Notes: generated by a model not told the origin, from the letters alone. DNA of 28,883 nt from Candidatus Heimdallarchaeota archaeon AB_125 (GCA_001940755.1 MEHH01000005.1:1-28883); one strand, 5' to 3'. Positions 1 to 15,402 are shown, counted from the stretch's first letter. Made by a program: numbers and translations.

Positions 1-2
1 GT

Positions 3-893
3 TCTGCACAAGATGTCGATGAAGTTTTGTGGATCGCTGACAATCATAATGTCACCATAACTACTTTTGGTGATATGATGCGAGTTCCAGGTTCCAAAGA
101 ATCTCTCTATCAAGCTCAAGGGAGAGGAGTCGATGTTCAAGTAATTTATGGGATTTCTGATGCAATTAAACTAGCGGAAGAAAATCCTGAAAAAGAGTTT
201 TTATTCTTCAGTGTTGGTTTTGAAACTACTTCCTGCGTAACAGCTGCTGAAGTTATCAGAACAAAACTTCCTAATTTTAGTATCTATGCTTCTCACAAAC
301 TTATTCCTCCTGCAATGGAGCTTCTTATGCAAAGAGATGATTTAGAATTTCAAGGATTTTTAGCTCCAGGGCATGTTTCTACAATCATAGGAGCTAAGCC
401 ATATGATTTTATTCCGGAAAAGTATAACTTTCCTGTTGCTGTGGCAGGATTCGAACCTGTTGATATCCTTCTTGGAATTTATGCTTTATTAAAACAGTTC
501 AATGAAAATACTTCGAGGGTTGATAACATGTATAAACGCTATGTTAGACATGAAGGCAATGTTGCAGCTCTGAAAACTTTGGAAGAAGCTTATGTTGTTG
601 CTGATGCTAGATGGAGAGGATTAGGAGTTTGGCCAAATACTGGACATGAAATAGCTGACAAATACAGTCACATTGATGCCAAGAAGAAATACGAAATCCC
701 TGAACTTGAAACTACAGATCTTCACAGTGGTTGTATTTGTGATGAAATTTTAGTGGGTAAATCCAAACCCCATCAATGTAAATTGTTTAACAAGGCTTGC
801 AGACCTGATCATCCAATAGGAGCTTGTATGGTTAGTCATGAAGGAACATGCAATGTTGCTGCTACTTATGAAGAGATAATTTGGGAAGATTAA
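3..893 (+). CDS. hypD: [NiFe]-hydrogenase maturation protein HypD, 5'-truncated by the window edge
   Basis: The frame is open from base 3, and the TTG at 27 is only an ORF-finder start. The translation carries HypD-type motifs: TFGDMMRVPGS, FFSVGFETTSC, and C-terminal GACMVSHEGTC. hypC lies directly downstream. Confidence 0.9.
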   Translation, partial: SAQDVDEVLWIADNHNVTITTFGDMMRVPGSKESLYQAQGRGVDVQVIYGISDAIKLAEENPEKEFLFFSVGFETTSCVTAAEVIRTKLPNFSIYASHKLIPPAMELLMQRDDLEFQGFLAPGHVSTIIGAKPYDFIPEKYNFPVAVAGFEPVDILLGIYALLKQFNENTSRVDNMYKRYVRHEGNVAALKTLEEAYVVADARWRGLGVWPNTGHEIADKYSHIDAKKKYEIPELETTDLHSGCICDEILVGKSKPHQCKLFNKACRPDHPIGACMVSHEGTCNVAATYEEIIWED

Positions 894-945
894 TTGCTAG
901 ATGAAAACAGTTAATTAATGAAGTAAAAATGGTGATGTGAGACTT

Positions 946-1167
946 ATGTGTTTGGCAATTCCTGGATTGGTCTGTGAGATAATAAGCGAAAAGAGAGTAA
1001 TGGTTGACATCACAGGTGTTAGAAGAGAAGCTGATACTTCACTCTTAGAAGAACCTCTTGATGTTGGTGATTATGTGTTAGTTCATACAGGTTTCATAAT
1101 TCAAAAACTTGATCCAGAACAAGCAAAAGAAGATCTCAAGCTCTGGGATGAAATACTTAGCAGTTGA
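946..1167 (+). CDS. hypC: [NiFe]-hydrogenase maturation chaperone HypC
   Basis: The ATG at 946 gives the canonical HypC N-terminus MCLAIPG, with the essential Cys at position 2. It is preceded by GGTGATG at SD distance. The ORF-track start at 937 (GTG) would add 3 residues ahead of the conserved Met-Cys. The product is about 73 aa, typical for HypC. Confidence 0.9.
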   Translation: MCLAIPGLVCEIISEKRVMVDITGVRREADTSLLEEPLDVGDYVLVHTGFIIQKLDPEQAKEDLKLWDEILSS

Positions 1168-1237
1168 ATTTTTCTCACAATTCCTTAAAGGAATAACGAA
1201 TAAGTTATATATATTATTTTGATTATTTCTTATTATA

Positions 1238-1921
1238 ATGGTACTCAGAGAAACCGATGCGAATGCTCTAATTTTGAGAAATTTCATAGATTTTTCAACT
1301 AAAACAAATCAATACTTCTTAACCAACCTAAATAAAACAGTACCAGATATTTTTGATGATATAGAGTGCATGGGTGAAGCTAAAAGCAGAGTAAATGCAA
1401 TTGAAGGGCTGAAGTTAGTTAAAAGAAGGTTTAAGACAAACAACATAGATATATCATATATCTTAATCTTAGCTGCAAGAGGATACAAATTTAGAAATAT
1501 TACAGACAGAGTTTTTCTTTGTGAAGAAAATGCGATATTCCCATCCTTTGAATCCTTTCCTCCAATAAAACCAAAAATGGCTCAAGATTTTGGAATCAAG
1601 ACTGCGATTCTAAAAGGATTAATCGAAAGCTTTGAAATTGAAAGTGATGAAATTGCTCAATCTATAACTGAATCAATACCTGAAATGCTTGAGAAATCCT
1701 ATGGTGTTCGATACACTGGAAGGTTTCTTTCTATTAATGAATGGATTGACCTCAAGGAAAAAGATGGAGAATGGACCTCAGAAGGTAACTTCAAACTAGG
1801 TGTTAATAATTTGACACCACAAATTTTTGGTAATCTATTAGTGTTGCAAGCTAGAGGTTGGTACTTACAAGAAATTCCCGAAAAATTCAAAGGAAACGAT
1901 TATCTTCTTATCAAGGGTTAA
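1238..1921 (+). CDS. hypothetical protein (227 aa) between hypC and the hydrogenase structural genes
   Basis: Long ORF with an ATG start, same strand as its neighbours, and an AT-rich promoter-like region upstream. I recognise no motif, Cys cluster or TM segment. Confidence 0.6.
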   Translation: MVLRETDANALILRNFIDFSTKTNQYFLTNLNKTVPDIFDDIECMGEAKSRVNAIEGLKLVKRRFKTNNIDISYILILAARGYKFRNITDRVFLCEENAIFPSFESFPPIKPKMAQDFGIKTAILKGLIESFEIESDEIAQSITESIPEMLEKSYGVRYTGRFLSINEWIDLKEKDGEWTSEGNFKLGVNNLTPQIFGNLLVLQARGWYLQEIPEKFKGNDYLLIKG

Positions 1922-2038
1922 TCATTCAATAAATAGATATTTGTTAAGATATTTACTTATTATAATAGCAACTCCCCAGCACAACCTTTTTTTATGACTG
2001 ATTCTTGATTAAACTAAAATGTTAAGAGAGGATTTCTT

Positions 2039-2566
2039 ATGAGTGATGCGCTCAAAGAATTAGAAGAAATTTTAAATGTAACTTTACCTGGAAACCTTGT
2101 TGAAGAAGTGGTAAAAGTAGAAGAAGGTCATTTCAACGTTTTTAGTAACGCAACAAATGCTTTTGAACTTATGAAAATACTGCGTGAAGATGCGGGTATT
2201 TATCACCTTACAACAATATCAGGTGTTGAAAAAGATGATGAATTCAACGTTTGTTATCATATACAACACAGAATAGAAGATGAATTTAGGGAAGTACCGA
2301 TAAATTTCACTGTAACTAAAATCGATAAAAATAAACCAAAAACTCCAAGTATGATTGATTTTTTTGTTGCAGCTGATTATTATGAAAGAGAAATTTACGA
2401 CTTTTATGGTGTATATTTTGAAAACCATCCATTCCTGCAAAGGTTAATCTTACCAGAAAGATGGCCAGATGATGTAAAACCAATGCGTAAAGAATATGGT
2501 TGGGAACAGATAAAAGAAATCACCATGAAGATTGCTAAAGAAGCTTTGGAGGAGGCTAAAGAATGA
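2039..2566 (+). CDS. group-4 [NiFe]-hydrogenase NuoC-like (30 kDa) subunit
   Basis: The translation has the NuoC/EchD/MbhK-type core ADYYEREIYDFYGVYFENHP...RLILPERWP. An SD (GAGAGG) lies upstream. The stop overlaps the next gene's start by 4 nt (ATGA at 2563-2566). Confidence 0.85.
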   Translation: MSDALKELEEILNVTLPGNLVEEVVKVEEGHFNVFSNATNAFELMKILREDAGIYHLTTISGVEKDDEFNVCYHIQHRIEDEFREVPINFTVTKIDKNKPKTPSMIDFFVAADYYEREIYDFYGVYFENHPFLQRLILPERWPDDVKPMRKEYGWEQIKEITMKIAKEALEEAKE

Positions 2567-3819
2567 CAGAACAATATCGATCTAGATTTAGAACTTTAAC
2601 TGATGGTAGTGATTCACCTCCTGGTGCAGATCATCATATATTTATCGGACCACAACATCCATGGGCAGAAGAACCAGCACACTTTATTATCCATTTGAAA
2701 GGAGAAAGAGTCGTTGAAGCTGATATCAGAATAGGTTTCAATCTCAGAGGGATTGAAAAAGCAATGGAAAATAGAACATGGAGACAAAACACCATGTTAG
2801 TTCCTAGAGCCTGTGGTATTTGTAGTGCTGTTCATCAAAATGTTTATGTTCGAGTTGTAGAGAAACTTGCAGGCGTTGAAGATCAAATATCCGAAAGAGC
2901 AAGATTAATACGTATGTTCAGCTTAGAAGCCGAACGTGTTCATTCGCATATTTTGTGGTATGGAATACTTGCACATGATGCAGGATTTGATACAATGCTA
3001 CACATCTCATGGAGAGATCGTGAAATTATCATGGACATTGTAGAGGACTTTAGTGGAAACAGAGTTAATCCAGCTTTGATGCTACCTGGTGGTGTTAAAA
3101 GAGACATTCCAAAGGACAAAGCAGATAAAGCACGACCAATGCTAAACAAATTGATAAAACAAGTTGAATATCATAAGAAGGTATTCACTGAAGAAGCTTC
3201 AATAAGGAATCGTTTAGAAAATGTCGGTGTTTTGACTAAGGATGACGCAAAGATAACGACACCCAATGGACCAACAGGAAGAGGATCAGGTTTACCCTTT
3301 GATATGAGAAAATCATTCCCATATGAATTATATGATAAAATTGATTGGAACTTGGTTTGTTATAACGAAGGAGATATCCTAGCAACTACTTTGGTCAGAA
3401 TTGATGAAACCCTAGAATCTTTACAAATGTGTAATCAGATTTTGGATCAACTTGAATCTACTCAAGGTGAATTGTTAGCAAGAGTCAAACCAAGAGTACC
3501 GGAAGGGTCCTATATGGCCAGAGGTGAAGCCCCAAGAGGTGAAGATATTCACTATGGTATTGCCAATGGTACAGATAAACCCGAGAGGTATAAAATCAGA
3601 GCACCATCATTAGGTAACATAGATGCTACACTAAAAAGAATGGATGGTGAATATGTGGCAGATATGCCAGTAATTCTGAGAAGCTATGATCCATGTTTCT
3701 CCTGTACAAACAGAGTTATGTTGATTAACGAAGTAACTGGAGAAAAAATAATCATGAATCAAGATGAATTTGCCAGAAAAGCTATAAAGGCCAAGAGATA
3801 CAATAGGCCATTTTTCTGA
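2563..3819 (+). CDS. group-4 [NiFe]-hydrogenase large (catalytic, NuoD-like) subunit
   Basis: N-terminal GPQHP...RGIEK...PRACGICSAVH contains the L1 CxxC Ni-Fe ligands (Cys84/Cys87, nt 2812-2823). C-terminal DPCFSCTNR contains the L2 CxxC (nt 3694-3705). At 418 aa the size fits Ech/Mbh/Hyc-type large subunits. Confidence 0.92.
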   Translation: MTEQYRSRFRTLTDGSDSPPGADHHIFIGPQHPWAEEPAHFIIHLKGERVVEADIRIGFNLRGIEKAMENRTWRQNTMLVPRACGICSAVHQNVYVRVVEKLAGVEDQISERARLIRMFSLEAERVHSHILWYGILAHDAGFDTMLHISWRDREIIMDIVEDFSGNRVNPALMLPGGVKRDIPKDKADKARPMLNKLIKQVEYHKKVFTEEASIRNRLENVGVLTKDDAKITTPNGPTGRGSGLPFDMRKSFPYELYDKIDWNLVCYNEGDILATTLVRIDETLESLQMCNQILDQLESTQGELLARVKPRVPEGSYMARGEAPRGEDIHYGIANGTDKPERYKIRAPSLGNIDATLKRMDGEYVADMPVILRSYDPCFSCTNRVMLINEVTGEKIIMNQDEFARKAIKAKRYNRPFF

Positions 3820-3831
3820 GGTGATAAAAAG

Positions 3832-4302
3832 ATGAAAAAAGTATTAGTAATGGGTGGAGAAGCACTAAAGAATCATGCAAAAGGACCTGTGACAAAACAT
3901 GTACTAAAGCAAATTTCTGATCATCCCCCACCAGAAGATATCAGAACCATTCCAAGAATCATTGAAGATAGATGTATCATGTGTGGAACATGTGTAAAAG
4001 TCTGTCCATCACACTGTTTGGAAATGGAAAAAGATGACAAAGAAAATGGAATGATATGGCTATTGAAACCTCAATGTATGTGGTGTGGTCATTGCCAAAC
4101 CTATTGTCCCGTTGATGCAATTCATATTGATAGAGATCCTAACTTGTCCGTATCTTTATTCTCATTTAATGTCAGACAAGACTATGAAATGCTTGTTGCC
4201 AAAGGCAGCTACAAAGGTGATGTAGCTGATAAGAAACTCCAAGAGCTAATCGACGAAGGTGGCAAGAAGATTAAAGAAATCGATGAATTCCGAGGTGCCT
4301 AA
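3832..4302 (+). CDS. 2x[4Fe-4S] ferredoxin-like subunit (NuoI-like) of the hydrogenase
   Basis: Two CxxCxxCxxxCP motifs are present: CIMCGTCVKVCP and CMWCGHCQTYCP. An SD (GAGGTGA) lies upstream. The gene sits between the large and small subunit genes. Confidence 0.85.
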   Translation: MKKVLVMGGEALKNHAKGPVTKHVLKQISDHPPPEDIRTIPRIIEDRCIMCGTCVKVCPSHCLEMEKDDKENGMIWLLKPQCMWCGHCQTYCPVDAIHIDRDPNLSVSLFSFNVRQDYEMLVAKGSYKGDVADKKLQELIDEGGKKIKEIDEFRGA

Positions 4303-4303
4303 A

Positions 4304-4771
4304 ATGGGTTGGTTGAAGAAATTTGGTGTAAACTGTGCAGTAAGATCTCCATGGATTATCCACATGAATGCAGGTGGATGCAATGGATGTGATATTGAAA
4401 TTGTAGATGCTTTAACTCCAAGACATGATCTTGAACAATACGGAATCACCCTTCGTGGTACTCCTCGTCAAGCTGATGTTCTTGTTATTACAGGACCAGT
4501 AACTGTTCAAGTAGCAGAAAGAGTTAAACGAGTCTATGAACAAATGCCTCTACCTAAATTCGTAGTTGCTGTTGGTAACTGCTGTACTACCGGTGGTGTA
4601 TTCCAGGAATGCCCATTTGTTTTAGGTGGAATTGATCATGTTCTTCCTGTAGATGCCTGGGTTTATGGATGTCCTCCAAGACCAGAAAACATTGTTGTAG
4701 CTGTTGCTACTTTGTTAGGTAAATTGAAAGAAGATCTTATTGGTATCGAGAAAAAAGAAGTTCCTGTTTAG
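4304..4771 (+). CDS. group-4 [NiFe]-hydrogenase small (NuoB-like) subunit
   Basis: SPWIIHMNAGGCNGCDIE ... GNCCTTGG ... YGCPPRP is the hydrogenase-type proximal-cluster Cys pattern. The in-frame ATG at 4304 (MGWLKKF) lies 1 nt after the upstream stop. The ORF-track start at 4259 would overlap the previous gene by 44 nt. Confidence 0.88.
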   Translation: MGWLKKFGVNCAVRSPWIIHMNAGGCNGCDIEIVDALTPRHDLEQYGITLRGTPRQADVLVITGPVTVQVAERVKRVYEQMPLPKFVVAVGNCCTTGGVFQECPFVLGGIDHVLPVDAWVYGCPPRPENIVVAVATLLGKLKEDLIGIEKKEVPV

Positions 4772-4778
4772 GAATAAC

Positions 4779-4807
4779 TTTTCCTTTTCTTTTTATTTTA
4801 TTTTTTA
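4779..4807 (+). terminator. oligo-T tract after the hydrogenase catalytic operon
   Basis: The sequence ttttccttttctttttattttatttttt follows immediately after the stop at 4771. Archaeal termination typically occurs at oligo-T. The tract lies in the 36-nt gap between convergent genes. Confidence 0.4.
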
Positions 4808-5845
4808 TTACCACTCTTTTGCTCTTTGTCTCAAGTCTTTCTCTACCTTTATCATATTTGGAAGAAAGGGGATTACATCCTCATCTAATCCTTGAAAATC
4901 ACTTTTAACTTGCATGGGATCAGATTCTTCAAATAGAATTCGATAAACCCAGTCAGTTAAGTCTGCTAATACTCTTTCGTAGAATAAATAAACTACAATT
5001 TCTTCATTAAGATTTGCAGATTCTCTTATTTCTTTGTATTTTTGTTTAAAAGAAGGAAAATTCTTCTGATTGAGATAGAACCAGATATCTTTTTCAAAAG
5101 GAGCAAAATAAGCACTGTCCCAATCTACTAAAAAGATCTCATCTTGTTTATTTAAAAGAATATTATGTCGGATTGGATCATTGTGACAAACCACATAGTC
5201 TTGAGGAGATTCATTTTTGAGATTTTGAGTGATTTCTTCTAGATATGTTAGTGATTGTAAAATATCATTCATTAATGGTGTAATTAAGTTCTTAAGCCTT
5301 AGAAATGTTTTATCTGTCGACTTTGTACAAGCTGCAATTTCTCTAAGACACAATAATAGATCGTCCTTAAATGATAAATCTAAGTTAAATAGAAATTTAT
5401 CTTGAAATTTAAGATATTCTGTGGAATCGTGAATTTGAGCTAATAATGCTGATATTTTATTTAAAAAAATAGTAGTTTTACTTTTTTTCTCTGAAGTAAT
5501 CTTACCTTCAATGTAATTCCATAGTACCATTTCAGCTTCCTGAAATTGCGATTTTAGATTTCCTTTAACAGTTTTAATAGGATAGGAAATATGTTTTATC
5601 CCTTGAGCATGATATAGTTGATGGACTACTTCTAACGAAAAATCAAGTTTATGATTTTCTTGATTTTTCAATCGAGAGGGAAAATATAACTTCAAAAAGT
5701 ATTTACCTTTCTCTTCTGTTGTTACAATGTATGAAGATGCGAATTCCCCCACTGGAACAAATTTTAAGTTTTTTACATTTATATTGTAAACATCTTGTAT
5801 CTTTTGTTTCAATTCCATTTTGTCAATAGAGGGCTCAGTCTTCAA
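4808..5845 (-). CDS. aminoglycoside/choline-kinase-like phosphotransferase (APH family)
   Basis: The catalytic-loop motif CHNDPIRHNILL (HxDxxxxN) and the metal-binding motif LVDWDSAYF (DxD) are present. The ORF-track start at 5845 is TTG; an ATG alternative at 5818 (MELKQK) cannot be excluded. Confidence 0.75.
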   Translation of the reverse strand: MKTEPSIDKMELKQKIQDVYNINVKNLKFVPVGEFASSYIVTTEEKGKYFLKLYFPSRLKNQENHKLDFSLEVVHQLYHAQGIKHISYPIKTVKGNLKSQFQEAEMVLWNYIEGKITSEKKSKTTIFLNKISALLAQIHDSTEYLKFQDKFLFNLDLSFKDDLLLCLREIAACTKSTDKTFLRLKNLITPLMNDILQSLTYLEEITQNLKNESPQDYVVCHNDPIRHNILLNKQDEIFLVDWDSAYFAPFEKDIWFYLNQKNFPSFKQKYKEIRESANLNEEIVVYLFYERVLADLTDWVYRILFEESDPMQVKSDFQGLDEDVIPFLPNMIKVEKDLRQRAKEW

Positions 5846-5877
5846 ATTGAATCACATCAATTAATTCTTCAGAAAAG

Positions 5878-7284
5878 CTATTTTGAATGTTGTGACGCTT
5901 CATCTTTTATTGACTTATTTCTGTTCCCTATGAAATAGTTAGTAAGATAGATTAAACAAACTGCAGAAATGATAGCAATTGATGTGAAAAGGAAAATTTT
6001 TGGTAAAACAAAACTCCAATCAATAGCTCCATTGACTTCATTTGAGTTAACGCTAATCGGGATGAAGCTTACTGTTGAAATTGATCTTGACAATGAAACA
6101 TAAAATCCTAAAGCACCAAGAGCCATTCCTCTTTGAGTAATTATTGCTTCTCTTGTCGTTCCAGTATTTACACCAATATAACTTGTCAGGCTACTTGCAC
6201 TGTAAATCATATAGACCACTATTAACCATGGCAAAGATTTCACATAGATGAAAAGAATCAACATACTAGATGAAATAAGTAATGTAAAGAAAATAGGTCC
6301 TTTATAACCAATCTTATCAACAATTTTCCCCAAATATGGTTTAAAGAATATTAGTACACCTGATGTAATCCATGCTATCTGTGCAACAGAATCATAAGGG
6401 AGTCCTTTAACTTCGGATACTAATATTGGCCAAAAAGCCGTTATAGTATATTCAAGAAAAGCTACAGTTAATTGTATCATATAAATAAAACGTAATTTCT
6501 TCTGTTTCGTTACTATAGCAAGAGACTTGAACATTGAAACAAAGGATATACCCAGTGCTTTCATTTTGGATTCTGTTTTTAGTCTCTCCTCTTTTTTGAG
6601 AACTTCTGGCATGAATAATGCCATACCAATTACACCAATGAGGGATATCCCTGCTCCCCATGCAAAAAGTATACGGAGTGGTGACAAAGTACTTACTATT
6701 TCTGGCATTATTGCTATGCTTTCGATTTGTAAAACTAATGTTTTATTAATGTGAAGGTTAGAAATTTTTAAGAGTAAAAATGCTAATAAAGCTCCTGATA
6801 TAGCCCCTAAATCAGTCCCTTGAAACAATCTTCCTTGGACTTCGCCAAGATTTGTATCTTCTTCAACATCTCCAATATATGCAAAAATTATTGGCCAAAA
6901 ACAAGACATTCCGATAGCCATGAAAAACATTGCCACAATTACTAAAGCCCAATGTGAAGATACAGCTAGAAAAAACAAACTTATTGTGTAAAAACTAATA
7001 CCTGCTATAAGTAATGGTTTTCTTCCAATCATTTGAGATAAGTTCCCCAATGGAACTCGTAGGAATAGCTGAGGAATATTCCTCAACGCAAAAATAAACA
7101 GTATTAGCCAAAAAACTGTATTTATGTTTTCAAGATGCAAACCTACATAGGACATGAAAATTGTCATCGAAAAACTACCAACTATACCTAGAAGTATGGG
7201 GGAAAGTCGTCGACGGTCATCTAAATACAACCTTGTCTTAACTCCATTTAGAGTCTTGGATAAAAGGTTGCTTTCACCACTCAA
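5878..7284 (-). CDS. MFS-type transporter
   Basis: The 468-aa protein is hydrophobic throughout, with about 12 predicted TM segments and a central hydrophilic loop (KKEERLKTESK). The start is a TTG. The first in-frame ATG would fall inside TM1, so a non-ATG start is likely. Confidence 0.7.
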   Translation of the reverse strand: MSGESNLLSKTLNGVKTRLYLDDRRRLSPILLGIVGSFSMTIFMSYVGLHLENINTVFWLILFIFALRNIPQLFLRVPLGNLSQMIGRKPLLIAGISFYTISLFFLAVSSHWALVIVAMFFMAIGMSCFWPIIFAYIGDVEEDTNLGEVQGRLFQGTDLGAISGALLAFLLLKISNLHINKTLVLQIESIAIMPEIVSTLSPLRILFAWGAGISLIGVIGMALFMPEVLKKEERLKTESKMKALGISFVSMFKSLAIVTKQKKLRFIYMIQLTVAFLEYTITAFWPILVSEVKGLPYDSVAQIAWITSGVLIFFKPYLGKIVDKIGYKGPIFFTLLISSSMLILFIYVKSLPWLIVVYMIYSASSLTSYIGVNTGTTREAIITQRGMALGALGFYVSLSRSISTVSFIPISVNSNEVNGAIDWSFVLPKIFLFTSIAIISAVCLIYLTNYFIGNRNKSIKDEASQHSK

Positions 7285-7448
7285 TATTTTCAGATCCTAT
7301 CTCTTGTAGGTATTTATAAGTTAGATTTTAAACATAATGGATTAAACATCAGAATCTCAAGGTTTAATCAAGGTTTGTCTTTAAAAAATTTCGTTTTCCT
7401 TTTCCACAATTTTAAAATAATCTCACAACATACTTGATATAGGTTCAT

Positions 7449-8144
7449 ATGTTTCCACATTCACCTCAATCAGCAGTACCACCAGATAAACTTGTTCAGC
7501 AAATGATAGTTCAAGCATTACAAGCTTTCTATATCAATGACCACGAAACTGGAGTATATTTTCTTCAGCAAATCAGAGCTAATCTACCTCGTTACATGTA
7601 TCAGTTAAATCCACAAATGAGAAATCTAGCTAAAGAAGTTGTTAAGTTGTTACAAGATGGAAGCTTAGTGCCAGATAGATCATCTGAGTCTGCAGAAGCT
7701 TCTGCAATGGATACTCACCCAGGATTGTCAGGTGAATCTAACGAATATAAGGCTCCAGCAGAAACAGTTAATCAAGAAATGCAACAACAAATACAACAAC
7801 AATCAGATTTGGTTGGCGCTCCTGAACTCACAGAAACTGATCTGGAAGGTCAAGAAGTTGATACTTCACAAGATATAGTTTTTGAACCCAAAACAGAATC
7901 GGTTGGAACTCCTGCAGAAGAAATATTCGCTCATCATCCAGAAACACCACCCCAACACCCAGAAACACCAATTACCGAACCCCCATATGAGGAAACTGAA
8001 GCTCCAAGAGGTTCATTACCTAGTGATTTTATCTCTGAATTATCTACAGCAGTAAGTACTGTAAGAGACAAAAAGAAGAAGAAGAAGAAGAAAGATGAAA
8101 AATTAGTTGGTTCAATGAATGAACTAGAAGATTTTGATTTCTAG
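7449..8144 (+). CDS. hypothetical protein: short helical N-domain plus acidic, low-complexity tail with a K8 tract
   Basis: ATG start and long ORF. Composition is E/Q/P/T-rich. A tandem HPETP repeat lies at nt ~7932-7970. The K8 tract is encoded by AAA(AAG)6AAA at 8070-8093. The C-terminus is NELEDFDF. Confidence 0.55.
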   Translation: MFPHSPQSAVPPDKLVQQMIVQALQAFYINDHETGVYFLQQIRANLPRYMYQLNPQMRNLAKEVVKLLQDGSLVPDRSSESAEASAMDTHPGLSGESNEYKAPAETVNQEMQQQIQQQSDLVGAPELTETDLEGQEVDTSQDIVFEPKTESVGTPAEEIFAHHPETPPQHPETPITEPPYEETEAPRGSLPSDFISELSTAVSTVRDKKKKKKKKDEKLVGSMNELEDFDF

Positions 8145-8599
8145 GCTTTTGGATTAATTACTTTGACTACTGTCCAATCCTGTTTAATTAAATGATCTAC
8201 AGCAATTTCCACATTTTCCATAGTTTCTTTTAATTTGTCTTTCAAAACTTCTTGTGGAATTGCAGAATACATATTCTTTATTCCACCATTTTCTAAAGGC
8301 TCCTTTTCCATAGTAATCAAGCCTTGTTTAATCATACTTTGAACTAGACGAACTGCTGTTGTACGATCTTTATTAACCCTATTTGCAATGTCCATAATTG
8401 ACCTTCTTTCTTGCAAAGCGTAGAAGTAGATATTCACATGGGTACATTTCAATCCAAATACAAAATCAAAAATTGGACAAACTTTATAGTTACACTCCAA
8501 GAATTCACATCTACAACTACCATGATCCAAGCTCTTGATTATTGTTTCTGGTAAATCAACCAAACAAGGTTGTGCTCGTTTTTCTTTTTTTACGGACAT
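8141..8599 (-). CDS. winged-helix (MarR/TrmB-like) transcriptional regulator with Cys-rich N-terminal region
   Basis: The segment SIMDIANRVNKDRTTAVRLVQSMIKQGLITMEKE fits an HTH plus wing. The first ~60 aa contain six Cys (PCL, CRCEFLEC, VCP, KCTH). The ATG at 8599 (MSVKKEK) is preceded by GAAGGGG at SD distance. The ORF-track start at 8626 is an upstream alternative. Confidence 0.65.
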   Translation of the reverse strand: MSVKKEKRAQPCLVDLPETIIKSLDHGSCRCEFLECNYKVCPIFDFVFGLKCTHVNIYFYALQERRSIMDIANRVNKDRTTAVRLVQSMIKQGLITMEKEPLENGGIKNMYSAIPQEVLKDKLKETMENVEIAVDHLIKQDWTVVKVINPKA

Positions 8600-8688
8600 T
8601 ACAATACCCCTTCGCATGTGTGACAAAAATACACAGTCTAATAAATCTTATGTTCTTACGAATTGCCAAAACAGAAGAATTTATATGG

Positions 8689-8707
8689 TGTGCAAATTAA
8701 TTACACA
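8689..8707. promoter_or_regulatory. imperfect palindrome TGTGCAAATTAATTACACA in the regulator/thioredoxin divergent intergenic region
   Basis: Seven of 9 symmetric positions pair. Related half-sites ATGGTGTGCA (8685-8694) and ATGGTGCACA (8722-8731) flank it. It lies 28-46 nt upstream of the trx ATG. Confidence 0.3.
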
Positions 8708-8734
8708 TAGATAAATCTATAATGGTGCACAGAA

Positions 8735-11679
<2,945 letters not shown>

Positions 11680-11683
11680 CTAA

Positions 11684-13810
<2,127 letters not shown>

Positions 13811-14076
13811 TTAGCCCAAAATGGGTACCAGATTTCTGCCATTTTACGGTTATTGTCGGGTTATTTCCCGAAAATAACATACTATAAAAAAATAAAGTTT
13901 ATCATTTAAAAATACATTGGTTGGCACTATTAAAAAGCCTAAAAATATGGTAAAGAAGCCATTTTAAGGCCTTCAATTAGATAATTGTTTAATTTAACAA
14001 GAGTACTACTTAATTCTTATGAAATTATAGTCTTTTTTTCTATAGAATTTCAGCTTATATTAAAAGAAGAAGTATT

Positions 14077-15402
<1,326 letters not shown>

